A stretch of 64,000 nt of DNA from Candidatus Blackburnbacteria bacterium (lineage in GTDB: Bacteria > Patescibacteriota > Microgenomatia > UBA8517 > UBA10165): positions 48,196-112,195 of the forward strand of contig JACPEJ010000001.1 of the NCBI GenBank assembly GCA_016183565.1. The letters run 5' to 3'. Made by a program: the position numbers and the translations under genes. The notes under the pieces are model-generated. The model saw only the letters and a program-made list of their open reading frames with translations. It ran no database searches and was not told the DNA's origin. Shown piece after piece: positions 43,759 through 54,202 of the stretch; the first letter of the stretch is position 1, and each line of letters begins with the position of its first letter.

Positions 43759-46755
43759 GTGACTCGCCCTCCTGGTCTTAGCTTGCGCCTTTTTTGTACT
43801 ATTCGTACACGATGCAAAGAGCGACTTTGGGAGGACTGCGGTCCGACGTTACGTCGGACCTTGAATTTGCGCGGGGATTTGCTTACTATGGAAGTAATGC
43901 GTGACGCTCTGCCCCGAGGCTTTTCTTCCGGGTCTTCTCCTGTTGCACTTATTGCTGGCGGTGCGGGTTTTATTGGATCTTTTTTTTGTGCGGAGTTATT
44001 AAAACGGAACGTTAGGGTAATTTGTATTGATAATTGGCAAACTGGACTTAGGGAGAATATTAGTTCTTTGGAAGGTGATCCAAACTTTGTTTTGCTGGAG
44101 GATGATATTACAGAGTTTGGATTGTTTAAAAAGAGGGGCATTAGTCGGGTTGACTATGTTGTTCACTTGGCTGGGGTGGAGGCATACCTTAACGGGGAGG
44201 ATGTTTCCATTGAAACACTGGAGGCAAATTCAGTTGGGGTTAAGAACCTTCTTGATTTTTCTCTTGCTGCTGGGGCTAAATTTTTGCTTGCTTCGACTGT
44301 CGATGTGTTTTCTGCAAAAATGTCGTCGCAAAGTATTAGTACATACTTTGGTCGAGGGCGTGTAGATGAAGGTGTTTTTTCACATCACGAGGCGAAACGT
44401 TTTGCCGAGGCTTTGGTTAGTGAATATGAGCAAAAGCAGGGAGCTGATGTAAGAATTGCGCGGTTGGGGGATGTGTATGGGCCGAGAATGATGCTTTCGA
44501 CAGGAAACCTGATGGCGCGAATGGTGCGAGCTTGTTTGTACAATCAACCTTTGGCTGTTCCGTCACAGGACGCAAGTTTATACCCAATTTTTATAGCAGA
44601 TGCTGTAGATGGGCTTGTAAAATCGCTATTTTCGTCTGGGACGAAAGGGCGAATAGTTTCTTTAGCCGGGCCGCGTACGGGAATTATTTCACTTATACAA
44701 TCTATTAAGAACCTTAACCCTGGTTTAGAAGTAAGATTTGATCCTAATTTGGAGTTTCCTTGTAGAGAAGTTTCAGAAGACCTTTTGGTTTCGGGGAGGG
44801 AACTTATTTCGTGGTTACCAGAGAAAGATCTCCTTGTGGGGGTTGAGGAAACAATTGGGTGGTTTGCTAAATATCGACATGGATTAAGCGGGAAGGAGGT
44901 TGTTTCTATGCCTACTTCAGATGGGGGCTTTTGGGAAGGTAGGGAATTTGGGAATGTTAGGGGCACTGTGGCTTCTCGTGGGGGTGCTGATTTACCGAAG
45001 AACAGAAAATCCGGGTTTTTGAGCAGAGGCGGTTTTGTTTTACTTTTGTTTGTTTTAGTGTTTCTGGGGTGGTTTTTTGTTTGGCCGTTTGTAGAATTTG
45101 GTATTGGAATGGGGAACATATATGTTGCGAAAGATAAACTTAAGGTGGGGGATACTAATTCGGCTGGCCAATGGAGCGAGACTGCGGGTTTTTGGTTTGA
45201 CCGTGCGCATGGAGATTTTTTGCGATGGTTTAAAGTACCCGGGCTACGCAATGAGTCTTTGAAAATGGCTCAAAAGAGCCGGGTTTTTATGAAGGTTTCA
45301 AATGTTGGACAAAAAGTGGCGCGGGTTTTTGGTGAGGGAAGTTCGCTTTTGGCTGGGGTTTTGGGAGGGAATTATACTTATTCTGATTCAGATGTTAACT
45401 TGTTGGTTTTAGACTTGTACTCACTGGAACAGGATCTGTCCTTTCTGGAGGCGGAGGTACAGGATAATAAGGTTCTTTTGGAGTTACCTTTTGTGGATCG
45501 ATTTAGTTTATCTGACAATCTAAGCGTGGCAGATGGAAGGAGGGTTGTGCTGGGTCTTGCTGGGATTGTTGGCGAGTTTCGAAAGATTTTTGGGGGAGAG
45601 GGAACTAAAACATATCTTGTTCTTTTTCAGGATGATACGAAATTGAGGCCGACAGGTGGGATTATTACTACTTTGGCTTTACTGACTTTTGATGGTGGGC
45701 GACTTGTTGACACAGAGGTTTATGATGTTGCGGAATTGGATAAGCGTCTTCAGGGGCAAGTTGAATTGCCAGGTCCCTTGCGAGAATACACTCAGGAGAA
45801 TACGTGGCTTTTGCGTGACTCAAACTGGAGTCCTGACTTTTCTGTGAATGCAAATCGGGCGGTTTGGTTTGTTAATAAAGAGTTGGAGAGGAAGGTTGAT
45901 GGTGTGATAGGAGTGGATGGGGAACTTGTTCGCCAGAGTGTTAGTTCTAACCTTTTTAAGAAAGGGGAAGGTGGAATAACAGTTTCTGTTGCACGTGATT
46001 TGCTTTCGAATTTGTTTTCTCCTGACCAGGTTTCGAGAAATATTCCCTTGTTGGGTAAGACTTGGGTTGTTGGCTTTGAGGATCGTCATGGGGCTCTTTG
46101 GTTTTCTGATAAAAGAGTAAATACTATATTTAAACAACTGGGGTGGGATGGATCTTTGAAAAAGATAAATTGCTCAAAAGGTGTGTTGGTGGGGAATGGT
46201 TGTGTTGCTGATTATTTAGCTTTAATAGAAGCAAATTTAGGGGGTGCATCTGATTTGGTTAGGAGATCTTATTCTTTTGATCTTTCTTTGGAGTCAACCA
46301 AGGTGACACATCGGTTGGTTGTGTCTTATCAGAATGGGCCTGTGGAATATCGAAATTACTTTAGGGTATTGGTGCCTTCCAGTGCAGAAAATTATTCTGC
46401 GGTTCTTGTTGATAGTGGTGCAGGGCAAGAAGAGGTACGAATTGATGATTCTTTGGAGCAAGGAAAGAAAGCTTTAGGGATGTTTGCGCCGGTACCTTCT
46501 GGCAGCTCTCGTCAGCTAGTGGTGTCGTGGGATATTCCGATTGAAGCTTTTGAAGGTCGGGGGGATTTATTGTTTTTGTGGCAGAAACAGTTGAGTACCC
46601 CCTCGGATCCTTTGTGGGTGAGGTTTGCTTTCCCGCAAAACTATCTTATCGAGGCGCACCCCGCACCCTCATTGACGAGTGGTGCTTCTATAGGATATAA
46701 TACGGTGCTGGGTCGGGATTTATTTTTTGACATTAAATGGCAGCAACAAAAGTAA
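43759..46755 (+). CDS. NAD-dependent epimerase/dehydratase domain fused to a TM helix and a ~600-aa uncharacterised extracytoplasmic domain
   Basis: Rossmann GGAGFIGSFFCAELLKRNVRVICIDN; TM FVLLLFVLVFLGWFFVW; the true start is probably the ATG at 43891. Confidence 0.55.
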   Translation: MTRPPGLSLRLFCTIRTRCKERLWEDCGPTLRRTLNLRGDLLTMEVMRDALPRGFSSGSSPVALIAGGAGFIGSFFCAELLKRNVRVICIDNWQTGLRENISSLEGDPNFVLLEDDITEFGLFKKRGISRVDYVVHLAGVEAYLNGEDVSIETLEANSVGVKNLLDFSLAAGAKFLLASTVDVFSAKMSSQSISTYFGRGRVDEGVFSHHEAKRFAEALVSEYEQKQGADVRIARLGDVYGPRMMLSTGNLMARMVRACLYNQPLAVPSQDASLYPIFIADAVDGLVKSLFSSGTKGRIVSLAGPRTGIISLIQSIKNLNPGLEVRFDPNLEFPCREVSEDLLVSGRELISWLPEKDLLVGVEETIGWFAKYRHGLSGKEVVSMPTSDGGFWEGREFGNVRGTVASRGGADLPKNRKSGFLSRGGFVLLLFVLVFLGWFFVWPFVEFGIGMGNIYVAKDKLKVGDTNSAGQWSETAGFWFDRAHGDFLRWFKVPGLRNESLKMAQKSRVFMKVSNVGQKVARVFGEGSSLLAGVLGGNYTYSDSDVNLLVLDLYSLEQDLSFLEAEVQDNKVLLELPFVDRFSLSDNLSVADGRRVVLGLAGIVGEFRKIFGGEGTKTYLVLFQDDTKLRPTGGIITTLALLTFDGGRLVDTEVYDVAELDKRLQGQVELPGPLREYTQENTWLLRDSNWSPDFSVNANRAVWFVNKELERKVDGVIGVDGELVRQSVSSNLFKKGEGGITVSVARDLLSNLFSPDQVSRNIPLLGKTWVVGFEDRHGALWFSDKRVNTIFKQLGWDGSLKKINCSKGVLVGNGCVADYLALIEANLGGASDLVRRSYSFDLSLESTKVTHRLVVSYQNGPVEYRNYFRVLVPSSAENYSAVLVDSGAGQEEVRIDDSLEQGKKALGMFAPVPSGSSRQLVVSWDIPIEAFEGRGDLLFLWQKQLSTPSDPLWVRFAFPQNYLIEAHPAPSLTSGASIGYNTVLGRDLFFDIKWQQQK

Positions 46756-47462
46756 AAACTACGAGTTCTTCAGAATTGAAACATACACTTGATGCTGAAA
46801 AGCGTGAGGTTTTTGGCAGAAAAGTCAAGGGTTTGCGTCGTAATGGTGTATTGCCGGCGAATGTGTATGGCAGAAGTATGCAGTCGCTTTCAGTGCAATT
46901 ACCTACGGGGGTTTTTAAAAAGATTTTTGAAGAGGTAGGGGAGACTGGTTTGGTTGGTCTTAAGGTGGGGAATGATGTTTATCCAGTTTTGGTTCATAAT
47001 CTACAGGTTGATCCTGTTACTGAGGAGCCACTTCATGTTGATTTTCTTCAGGTAAATCTTAAAGAGAAGGTTACTGTTACTATCCCTTTGGAGTTTGTTG
47101 GTGAGTCGTCAGCGGAGGTGGCAGGTGAGGGAATTGTGGTTCATCAGTTGAATGAGGTTGAGGTTGAAGCTCTTCCGACAGACCTTCCTGAGAAGATTGT
47201 GGTCGATATTTCTGGTCTTTCTGGTGTTGATGAATTTATTAAGGTTGTCGATTTGAATGTGGATAGAAGTAAGGTTGAGATAAGGTCTGATTTGGAGCAA
47301 GTGGTTGCTATAGTTGCTCCTCCTGCAAAGGCAGAGGAGATTGCGCCTCCTCCCGAGGTGCCGGCAGAGGAGGGTGCAGCACCTGCTGAGGGTGAAGCTC
47401 CGGCAGAGGTAGCTACAACCACAGATACAGAGACAGAGAAAGAGAAAAAGAGAGAGGGATAG
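46737..47462 (+). CDS. rplY: ribosomal protein L25/general stress protein Ctc with acidic/Pro-rich tail
   Basis: REVFGRKVKGLRRNGVLPANVYG...HVDFLQV, typical of the L25/Ctc family. Confidence 0.8.
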   Translation: MAATKVKTTSSSELKHTLDAEKREVFGRKVKGLRRNGVLPANVYGRSMQSLSVQLPTGVFKKIFEEVGETGLVGLKVGNDVYPVLVHNLQVDPVTEEPLHVDFLQVNLKEKVTVTIPLEFVGESSAEVAGEGIVVHQLNEVEVEALPTDLPEKIVVDISGLSGVDEFIKVVDLNVDRSKVEIRSDLEQVVAIVAPPAKAEEIAPPPEVPAEEGAAPAEGEAPAEVATTTDTETEKEKKREG

Positions 47463-47475
47463 GGATAGGAACAGA

Positions 47476-49611
47476 CTAGGTCTTTGTTGGCCAGGGGGCG
47501 AGTGTTATCGATTCTTCTTTGCCCATTTTGGTCCACAGTTCTTCAGTTAGAAATGGCATAAAGGGATGCAGTAGTCTAAGTATAGAGTCTAAGACTAAGG
47601 TAAGACATGATTGTGCCTCAGGTCTTCGGGATTTTGATTTTTCTATATAAATGTCTGCAAACTTGTGCCAAACGAAGTTGTAAAGTTCTTCGGTTGCCAA
47701 GTGCAACTCGAATTTTTCGATGTTTTTTGTTACTTGTTCTATTGTTGAATGAAGTTCTTTGAGGATCCATTGGTCGTCTTTGTTTTTTACACTGATCTTT
47801 TTACTTGAATTTTCCGGTTTGAGTTCGATAACAAATTTCGCAATGTTTCTTAGTTTGTTGCCGAAGTTTCTGAAGTTTTTGCAACGGTTGTCCATTACGC
47901 TTTTTGAAGTTCTTCCGTCTCGACCTGGTGCGCTGTATGTGTAAAGTGCCATCCTGGTTGCGTCAGTTCCCCAGGTTTTTATTAGTTCTTGTGGGTCGAT
48001 TCCGTTGCCGAGGGATTTGGAAAATTTTCTACCCTGAAGATCGCGTAACATGCCGTGGAAGAACATGTGCTTGAATGGGATAGTATCTGTGTGCCATAAA
48101 GATAACATGATCATTCGGGCAATCCAGAGGTATTTTATTTCTCCAGCTGAGATTTCGAAATCCCAAGGGAAGTACCGCTCTAGTTCCTTGGTTTTCTCGG
48201 GCCATCCTAAGGTAGAGAGGGGCCAGAGGCCGGAGGAGAACCAGGTATCAAGAACTTGTTCGTCTTGTATCCAGTAGTGGCTGTGCCCGGTTTTACATGG
48301 TTTTTCTGGTTTCTCGAGCGAGATTAACATTTCTTTGTTTTTGCCTACTTTGTTTTGGGGATTGCACTTTTGGCAGTACCAAACAGGAATTCTGTGTCCC
48401 CACCAGAGGGAGCGAGAGATGGACCAGTCGTGGATATTTTCCATCCAATCTGTGAGAATTTTCTTGTAATTTGTTGGATAGAAGTTGATTTGGCCTATGT
48501 TCAAGATTCCCTTTTCGGCAAGTGGCTGCATCTTTACAAACCACTCTTCGGAAATTAATGGCTCAACTGTAGTTTTACAGCGTTCACAGACAGGAACGGC
48601 ATGGGTGTAGTCTTCGATTTTTTCGATTGCACCTAATTCTTCTAATTTTTTGGCAGCAAGTTCCCGAGCCCCTTCGATTTTCATGCCAGCTAGTTCTTGG
48701 GCTAGCTCTGTTGTTCGACCCGTCTTGTCGATCGCGTGGAGAATGGGTAGGTTGTGGTTTTTACCTATTTCGTAATCCAGGGGGTCATGGCCTGGTGTGA
48801 TTTTTAGTGCTCCTGTTCCGAACTCTGGTTCTACACGCTTGTCTTCAAATATGGGTATAGAATCTTTGGTTAAGGGGTTAATAGCTTTTTTATCAAGATA
48901 CTTTTTGAACCTGGGATGGTTAAGAGATATGGCTATTCCTGTATCTGCGTAAATTGTTTCTGGGCGGGTGGTAGCAATAGTTATATAGGCACTTTCTGAG
49001 TCTTGTATTGGATAATTAATGTAGTATAGTTTTTGTTTTCTTTCTTCATACTCCATTTCAATATCTTCAATTGCGGTGCCGCATTTTGGGCACCATTGGA
49101 CAATGTATGCTCCTTTGTAGAGGAGGTCTTGATCCCAGAAACGTTTAAACTGTTCAAAAACAGCTTTTTCTACTTTTGGTTCGAGTGTGAATACTTCCTT
49201 GGGCCAGTCGGCGGAGAGTCCTATTACTGTCCATGCTTTGTGGAAGGATTGGTATACCTCTTCTTTGAATTTCCAGGCGCGCTCAAGCCATTTTTCGCGA
49301 CCGAGCTTTTGCTTTGAGAGGCCTTCTTTGGCAAGGATTCTATCAAGTGTTCCTTCAAACTGGATTCCGGCATGGTCTACACCGGGGAGAAGTAGAACAT
49401 CAAACTCTTGCATTCTTTTTATGCGAGCGATTGCGTCAAGGATTGCATGTTGCATTGCATGTCCTAGGTGGAGTTCTCCTGTAAGGTTGGGAGGGGGCAT
49501 TAGGAGGGAGTAGGGGGGTTTTTCTGAGTTGGGGTTAGCAGTAAAAAGCCCTTCCTTTTCCCAGGAGGAGTAAAGCTTGCCCTCATAATCAGTGTGGTGT
49601 GTTTTATCCAT
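47476..49611 (-). CDS. valS: valyl-tRNA synthetase (short form lacking C-terminal coiled coil)
   Basis: PPPNLTGELHLGHA (HIGH region), KFSKSLGN (KMSKS), editing-domain region; 711 aa. Confidence 0.9.
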   Translation of the reverse strand: MDKTHHTDYEGKLYSSWEKEGLFTANPNSEKPPYSLLMPPPNLTGELHLGHAMQHAILDAIARIKRMQEFDVLLLPGVDHAGIQFEGTLDRILAKEGLSKQKLGREKWLERAWKFKEEVYQSFHKAWTVIGLSADWPKEVFTLEPKVEKAVFEQFKRFWDQDLLYKGAYIVQWCPKCGTAIEDIEMEYEERKQKLYYINYPIQDSESAYITIATTRPETIYADTGIAISLNHPRFKKYLDKKAINPLTKDSIPIFEDKRVEPEFGTGALKITPGHDPLDYEIGKNHNLPILHAIDKTGRTTELAQELAGMKIEGARELAAKKLEELGAIEKIEDYTHAVPVCERCKTTVEPLISEEWFVKMQPLAEKGILNIGQINFYPTNYKKILTDWMENIHDWSISRSLWWGHRIPVWYCQKCNPQNKVGKNKEMLISLEKPEKPCKTGHSHYWIQDEQVLDTWFSSGLWPLSTLGWPEKTKELERYFPWDFEISAGEIKYLWIARMIMLSLWHTDTIPFKHMFFHGMLRDLQGRKFSKSLGNGIDPQELIKTWGTDATRMALYTYSAPGRDGRTSKSVMDNRCKNFRNFGNKLRNIAKFVIELKPENSSKKISVKNKDDQWILKELHSTIEQVTKNIEKFELHLATEELYNFVWHKFADIYIEKSKSRRPEAQSCLTLVLDSILRLLHPFMPFLTEELWTKMGKEESITLAPWPTKT

Positions 49612-49662
49612 TGGGTGATTATACGCTAATTGAAGTGTTTTTCTTAAAATGATTATACCTTG

Positions 49663-50853
49663 TTAACCTGTGATAGTTAAGCTTGGATGTACTGTGACCT
49701 TTTCCCACTCCGTAGGTTTGTAATTAAAGTAGGCGGCGGAGGCGATCATTGCAGCGTTGTCTGTGCACAACTGCGGAGGCGGTATGTGCAAGTCTAAGTC
49801 TAAGTTTAAGTCTAAGATTCGCTGTTGGAATTTTTCGTGCAGGCGTTTGTTGGCCGCAACTCCACCTGCTACCAAGAGGGTATTAACACCGTAATTTTGT
49901 ACTGCTTTTAGGGTTTTATCTACTAGAACGTCGGTTATGGATTCTTGAGTTTCGTAGGCTAAAGCAGAGGTGGGAAGTGAGAGGTGAGAGGCTGGATTTT
50001 GAGATTGGACGTGGGACTTTTTGAATTTGTCGACCTCACGCAGAACGGCGGTTTTTAGGCCGCTGAAGGAGAAGTCGTAATTGTCCTTGTCCAGGAGGGG
50101 ACGAGGTAGTTTAATTTTCAATTTACCCGCTTCGCGAGGCGAGTAATTTGAGGATCCTCGGACAGCAATTTTCAATTTTGCTGCGGCGGAGGCGATTGCG
50201 GGGCCGCCGGGGTAACCTAGGCCAAGGAGGCGCGCGGTTTTGTCGAAAGCTTCACCTGCTGCATCGTCTCTCGTTCCGCCGATCCACTTAAGTTCTCCGT
50301 GGTTTTTTAGGAGAACTAGGTCTGTGTGGCCGCCTGAGACGACGAGGGCAATGGCAGGAAGGGTTGGAATGCTATGGTGCGATGAAGCCATGGAGCGATG
50401 GAGCGATGAAGCTATGGAGCTATGGCGCTTTATAGTATGGTTTAGCCAGTTTGCGTAAACGTGGCCGATGAGGTGGTTTATGGGTACTAGTGGTTTGTTC
50501 CACGTCCAAGAGAGAGTTCTTGCTGTTTCTACTCCTACAAGAAGTGATCCGATAAGGCCTGGGCCGATGGTTGTGGCGATGGTATCGATGAAGCTATGGT
50601 GCGATGAAGCTATGGAGCCATGGTGCTTTATAGCCTTATGGCCTAATTGCTTCATAGCTAACGCGAGTGACTCTTGTACCACAGGGATGATTGCTTTTAC
50701 TTGTTCTCTTGCGGCTTGCTCTGGGATGATGCCGCCTGTTTTTGCGTGCATTTCAGCGGAGGAGGCAACCACATTAGATAGTATGGTTGTTCCGTTTTCT
50801 ACTACGGCTGCTGTAGTTTCGTCACAGGAGGTTTCGATAGCAAGGATTATCAT
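49663..50853 (-). CDS. tsaD: tRNA N6-adenosine threonylcarbamoyltransferase TsaD with two in-frame His/Ser-rich repeat insertions
   Basis: MIILAIETSCDETTAAVV N-terminus and HxxH region; insertions encode KHHGSIASSHHSFID and KRHSSIASSLHRSMASSHHSIP. Confidence 0.9.
   Translation of the reverse strand: MIILAIETSCDETTAAVVENGTTILSNVVASSAEMHAKTGGIIPEQAAREQVKAIIPVVQESLALAMKQLGHKAIKHHGSIASSHHSFIDTIATTIGPGLIGSLLVGVETARTLSWTWNKPLVPINHLIGHVYANWLNHTIKRHSSIASSLHRSMASSHHSIPTLPAIALVVSGGHTDLVLLKNHGELKWIGGTRDDAAGEAFDKTARLLGLGYPGGPAIASAAAKLKIAVRGSSNYSPREAGKLKIKLPRPLLDKDNYDFSFSGLKTAVLREVDKFKKSHVQSQNPASHLSLPTSALAYETQESITDVLVDKTLKAVQNYGVNTLLVAGGVAANKRLHEKFQQRILDLNLDLDLHIPPPQLCTDNAAMIASAAYFNYKPTEWEKVTVHPSLTITG
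50371..50640. repeat. two related ~60-nt insertions (atggtgcgatgaagcYatggagc...gctttatag) inside tsaD
   Basis: blocks at about 50371-50440 and 50585-50640 share the motifs atggtgcgatgaagc, atggagc and gctttatag. Confidence 0.65.
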
Positions 50854-50999
50854 ATAACTTGGACGGTAGACGATGGAGGGTAGAAGATAGTGGTTGAAGA
50901 TGGAAGGTAGAGGATAGACAGGTTTTCTATCTTCAAACTTCTACTTTCCACTACTACCCTCCATCTTCTATTTTCCATTGTCTACTGCTTTTCTATTGT

Positions 51000-52724
51000 C
51001 TACTGCGGGGTTATGCCCCGAAGGTATATTGCTTGCCAGGGTCGGTAATTTGAATAGAACGTTCTTTGTTGTAAGATTTCTCCATTTCTGGTTACCTTGT
51101 AATCAAATGCTGCTTTTGCCCCCGAGCTTGCGAAGTCGACTTGTTTTAGAGTTCCTATAGGAAGAGTTGGATCGTCCTGATAAAGAGGTGGGGGAGAGGA
51201 TACTGTATCCCAAACGCGAGGTGTTGAGACTTGAGAAACTCGGCTGTCGTTTGTTCCGTATAGCTCAAAGACAAGTGTTTGTTTTTTGGGGTTTATGGAA
51301 GTTTGGATAAGTATGTGTCCGGGTGTATCGTTTTTGATTTTTAGATCTGTGGAGGGAGAATAAACAGTTGCGTCAATTCCTGGTTTGGAGTCTTGTTCAT
51401 AGTAGCCTACTCGGTACGAGTGGGCTTTTCTTTCAATTATAGGTAGGCCTGTGTTTAGTGCTGCTCGGAAAAGTGTTGTTGAGACTTGGCAGACTCCGCC
51501 GCCGTCTCCCAATATAGTTCTTCCATCTCTTATGACATATGCTTGTTGGTAGCCGGTGTAAACTGAAACGTCGCCGAGGGCGTTGTTGAAGGAGAGTGTG
51601 TCGCCGGGTTTTATTAATATTCCGTTGAGTCTACTTGCTGCTAGGGTAACGTTATGAACTCTGGATGGGGTGGATCCGACGAATTTTGAAGAACCTCTAC
51701 CGATTAATTCTGTGATACCTAGATTGTTTACTTCGGATGTTGATACATCAGGTTTTGTTCTTTTGGCAGGCACTTCTATTTTTGCTGTTTTGTCTTCGCT
51801 TACGACGAGGTTTTCAATTGCTGCATGTATTTCTAAGAGCAGCTGATCGCTTTCTATGTCAATTCCATCTTTGGCAGGAGTAAACTCTCTTACCTTGCCG
51901 CTTTCGAATACTAGCCTTGCGTCTATTGGGGCTCTATCTAGTGTTTTTTTGATGTCGTCTACTATTACTTTTAGTTTTTCTGTTCTTATTCCGTTTGGCG
52001 AGAGTAGGGGAATTGTGTCGCTGTCATCATAGTGGAAGTTTTGGTATTCGAAGTTTATTTCTAGTTTTTTACCGAGAATGTTTTTTGCACGGTCGTGGAT
52101 AAGCTCTACTTCCATGTTTTCAAGGTGGGAAGAAGTTTGTTTTAGGGGGATTGTGATGGGGTCGCTTTTGTTGTAGGCGACTCTCTCGGTTATTTGTTTT
52201 TGCAGAGCTTCTTTGTCTACTTCTATGCCGTCTTTTCCTTGATTAACAACTATTTCTCCTTTGTAAACCAATACTCCTGGTTCTATTGCAGGTACACTGA
52301 GTTGGTCTGCGACTCTTGTTAGTTCCTGTTCTAGGGTTTTTTGGTCGACACTGACGGTTGCAGGAAGATTTACACTTTTAGTTAGTGCTGTCCATTTTTC
52401 GAGAGTAGCTTGAATAACTCCACTTGCCCTTCCGATTTTAAGTGCTTGTTGTGCGCTTTCTTGGGTGTTGTAAACTATTTCTAGGCTTAGGGTTGTTTCG
52501 AATTTTGGGTTTTCAGATTTAAGGAGTAAAGAAGGGGGTTTTATTTGAGCGATTTTGTCTGAGGCTTCTTGTGAGGTTAGGCCGGAGACATTAATGTTAC
52601 TTATTTTTATTCCAGGATATATTCGTCCTAGAAACATTAGGTGGTAAAGAGTTACTGCGGAGAGTGTTAGTATTAGTGTTAGTAGTAGGGGTCCTGTTAT
52701 GCGTTGGTGATTCTCAAGCCACAT
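51000..52724 (-). CDS. VanW-family protein with N-terminal TM anchor
   Basis: GDGGGVCQVSTTLFRAALNTGLPIIERKAHSY, a VanW-domain signature. Confidence 0.75.
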   Translation of the reverse strand: MWLENHQRITGPLLLTLILTLSAVTLYHLMFLGRIYPGIKISNINVSGLTSQEASDKIAQIKPPSLLLKSENPKFETTLSLEIVYNTQESAQQALKIGRASGVIQATLEKWTALTKSVNLPATVSVDQKTLEQELTRVADQLSVPAIEPGVLVYKGEIVVNQGKDGIEVDKEALQKQITERVAYNKSDPITIPLKQTSSHLENMEVELIHDRAKNILGKKLEINFEYQNFHYDDSDTIPLLSPNGIRTEKLKVIVDDIKKTLDRAPIDARLVFESGKVREFTPAKDGIDIESDQLLLEIHAAIENLVVSEDKTAKIEVPAKRTKPDVSTSEVNNLGITELIGRGSSKFVGSTPSRVHNVTLAASRLNGILIKPGDTLSFNNALGDVSVYTGYQQAYVIRDGRTILGDGGGVCQVSTTLFRAALNTGLPIIERKAHSYRVGYYEQDSKPGIDATVYSPSTDLKIKNDTPGHILIQTSINPKKQTLVFELYGTNDSRVSQVSTPRVWDTVSSPPPLYQDDPTLPIGTLKQVDFASSGAKAAFDYKVTRNGEILQQRTFYSNYRPWQAIYLRGITPQ

Positions 52725-52769
52725 GTTTATATGATACCATGTATCAGGCTAGATGAGCTTGGGTGAATT

Positions 52770-54200
52770 GTGATGTTTAACCAAAATACAGAAGTTGATA
52801 ATTCAAATTTAAATCTGCAAGAAGAGTCTTTTGCACAGGGTAGTTTGGGTAGTGACCCACCTTCTGAGGTGGTGGGTTCGGGTGGTGAGAGGAAGAATCC
52901 TCCTTGGATTTGGGTGTTGGCAGGTACTTTGTTGTTTTTATTTCTAGTGGGAGGGGTTGGATCTTGGTTTCTTTTTACCAAAAAGTTTACCCCTCAGGAA
53001 GTAAAGGAGGTTAAATTGGTTTACTGGGGGCTTGAGGATTATACGGTTATGCAACCTATGATTGCCGATTACCAGACCAAAACGAATGTTAAAGTAGAGT
53101 ATATTCAGCAAGATAAACAAGACTACAGAGAACGTTTGACTAATGCTTTAGCTCGTGGTGTTGCGCCTGATATTTTTAGCTTTCATAATACATGGGTGCC
53201 GATGTTTTCTTCCCAGTTTGCCACTCTCTCTCCTCAAGTTATGGATCCTGGGACATATCAGGCTACTTTTTACCCCAGTGCTACCTCAGATCTTAGGCGT
53301 GGTCCAGACATAGTGGGAATTCCGCTTGCTTTTGATGGATTGGGCCTTTTTGTTAATCAGGATATTTTTGATAAGTATGGCAAGTCGCCTCCTGCTACTT
53401 GGGATGAGTTGAGGAAGTTGGCTGTGGAGTTAACTGTAAAAGATGCGGAAGGAAGGATTGAGCAGTCGGGGGTGGCGTTGGGCAATACTCAAAATGTTGA
53501 CCATTGGCAGGACACACTAGGGTTAATGATGCTTCAGAATGGGGCTGATTTGACCAATCCTACGGATCAGAAGGCGCAGGATTCTCTTTCTTTTTTTAGT
53601 GTTTTTTCTAAAGAAGATAAAGTTTGGGATGAGACCCTACCTTTTTCAACTGCCCAGTTTGCCTTAGGGAAGCTTGCCATGTACTTTGGTCCTTCTTGGA
53701 GAGTTGCTGAGATTAAGAGATTGAACCCGAATCTTAACTTTAAGGTGGTTCGTGTTCCACAGCTTCCACGAGCCACTCCTTCTGATACGGACGTTTCTTG
53801 GGCTTCTTATTGGGCCCAAGGGGTTTCTATAAAGAGTAAAAACAAACAAGAGGCGTGGGAGTTTTTGGTGTTTATTTCTTCGAAGGAGGGTTTGTTGAAG
53901 ATGTCTCAGGGTGTGATTCAGAGTAGGCAGGTTGGATTTCCTTTTTCTCGGGTAGATATGGCAGGGTTTTTGGGTGAGGATCAGTTTATGGGGTCTTTTG
54001 TTAGAGATGCTCAGAGCGCCCGTTCTGGTTATCTTGCTTCTTATACTTTTGATGGTCCTACTGGTATTAATTCTCGAATTTCAAGTTTTTATTCTGATGC
54101 GATCACTTCTATTTTGGAGGGAGAGGATCCAGATTCTTTGTTGATACCTCTTTCGGAGGGTGTAAAACAGGTTTTGGTTGAGTATACAGGTTCCCGCTAA
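52770..54200 (+). CDS. extracellular solute-binding protein (ABC transporter family 1-like), membrane-anchored
   Basis: N-terminal TM helix; LVYWGLEDY...DIFSFHNTWVPMF pattern of sugar-type SBPs. Confidence 0.6.
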   Translation: MMFNQNTEVDNSNLNLQEESFAQGSLGSDPPSEVVGSGGERKNPPWIWVLAGTLLFLFLVGGVGSWFLFTKKFTPQEVKEVKLVYWGLEDYTVMQPMIADYQTKTNVKVEYIQQDKQDYRERLTNALARGVAPDIFSFHNTWVPMFSSQFATLSPQVMDPGTYQATFYPSATSDLRRGPDIVGIPLAFDGLGLFVNQDIFDKYGKSPPATWDELRKLAVELTVKDAEGRIEQSGVALGNTQNVDHWQDTLGLMMLQNGADLTNPTDQKAQDSLSFFSVFSKEDKVWDETLPFSTAQFALGKLAMYFGPSWRVAEIKRLNPNLNFKVVRVPQLPRATPSDTDVSWASYWAQGVSIKSKNKQEAWEFLVFISSKEGLLKMSQGVIQSRQVGFPFSRVDMAGFLGEDQFMGSFVRDAQSARSGYLASYTFDGPTGINSRISSFYSDAITSILEGEDPDSLLIPLSEGVKQVLVEYTGSR

Positions 54201-54202
54201 TT

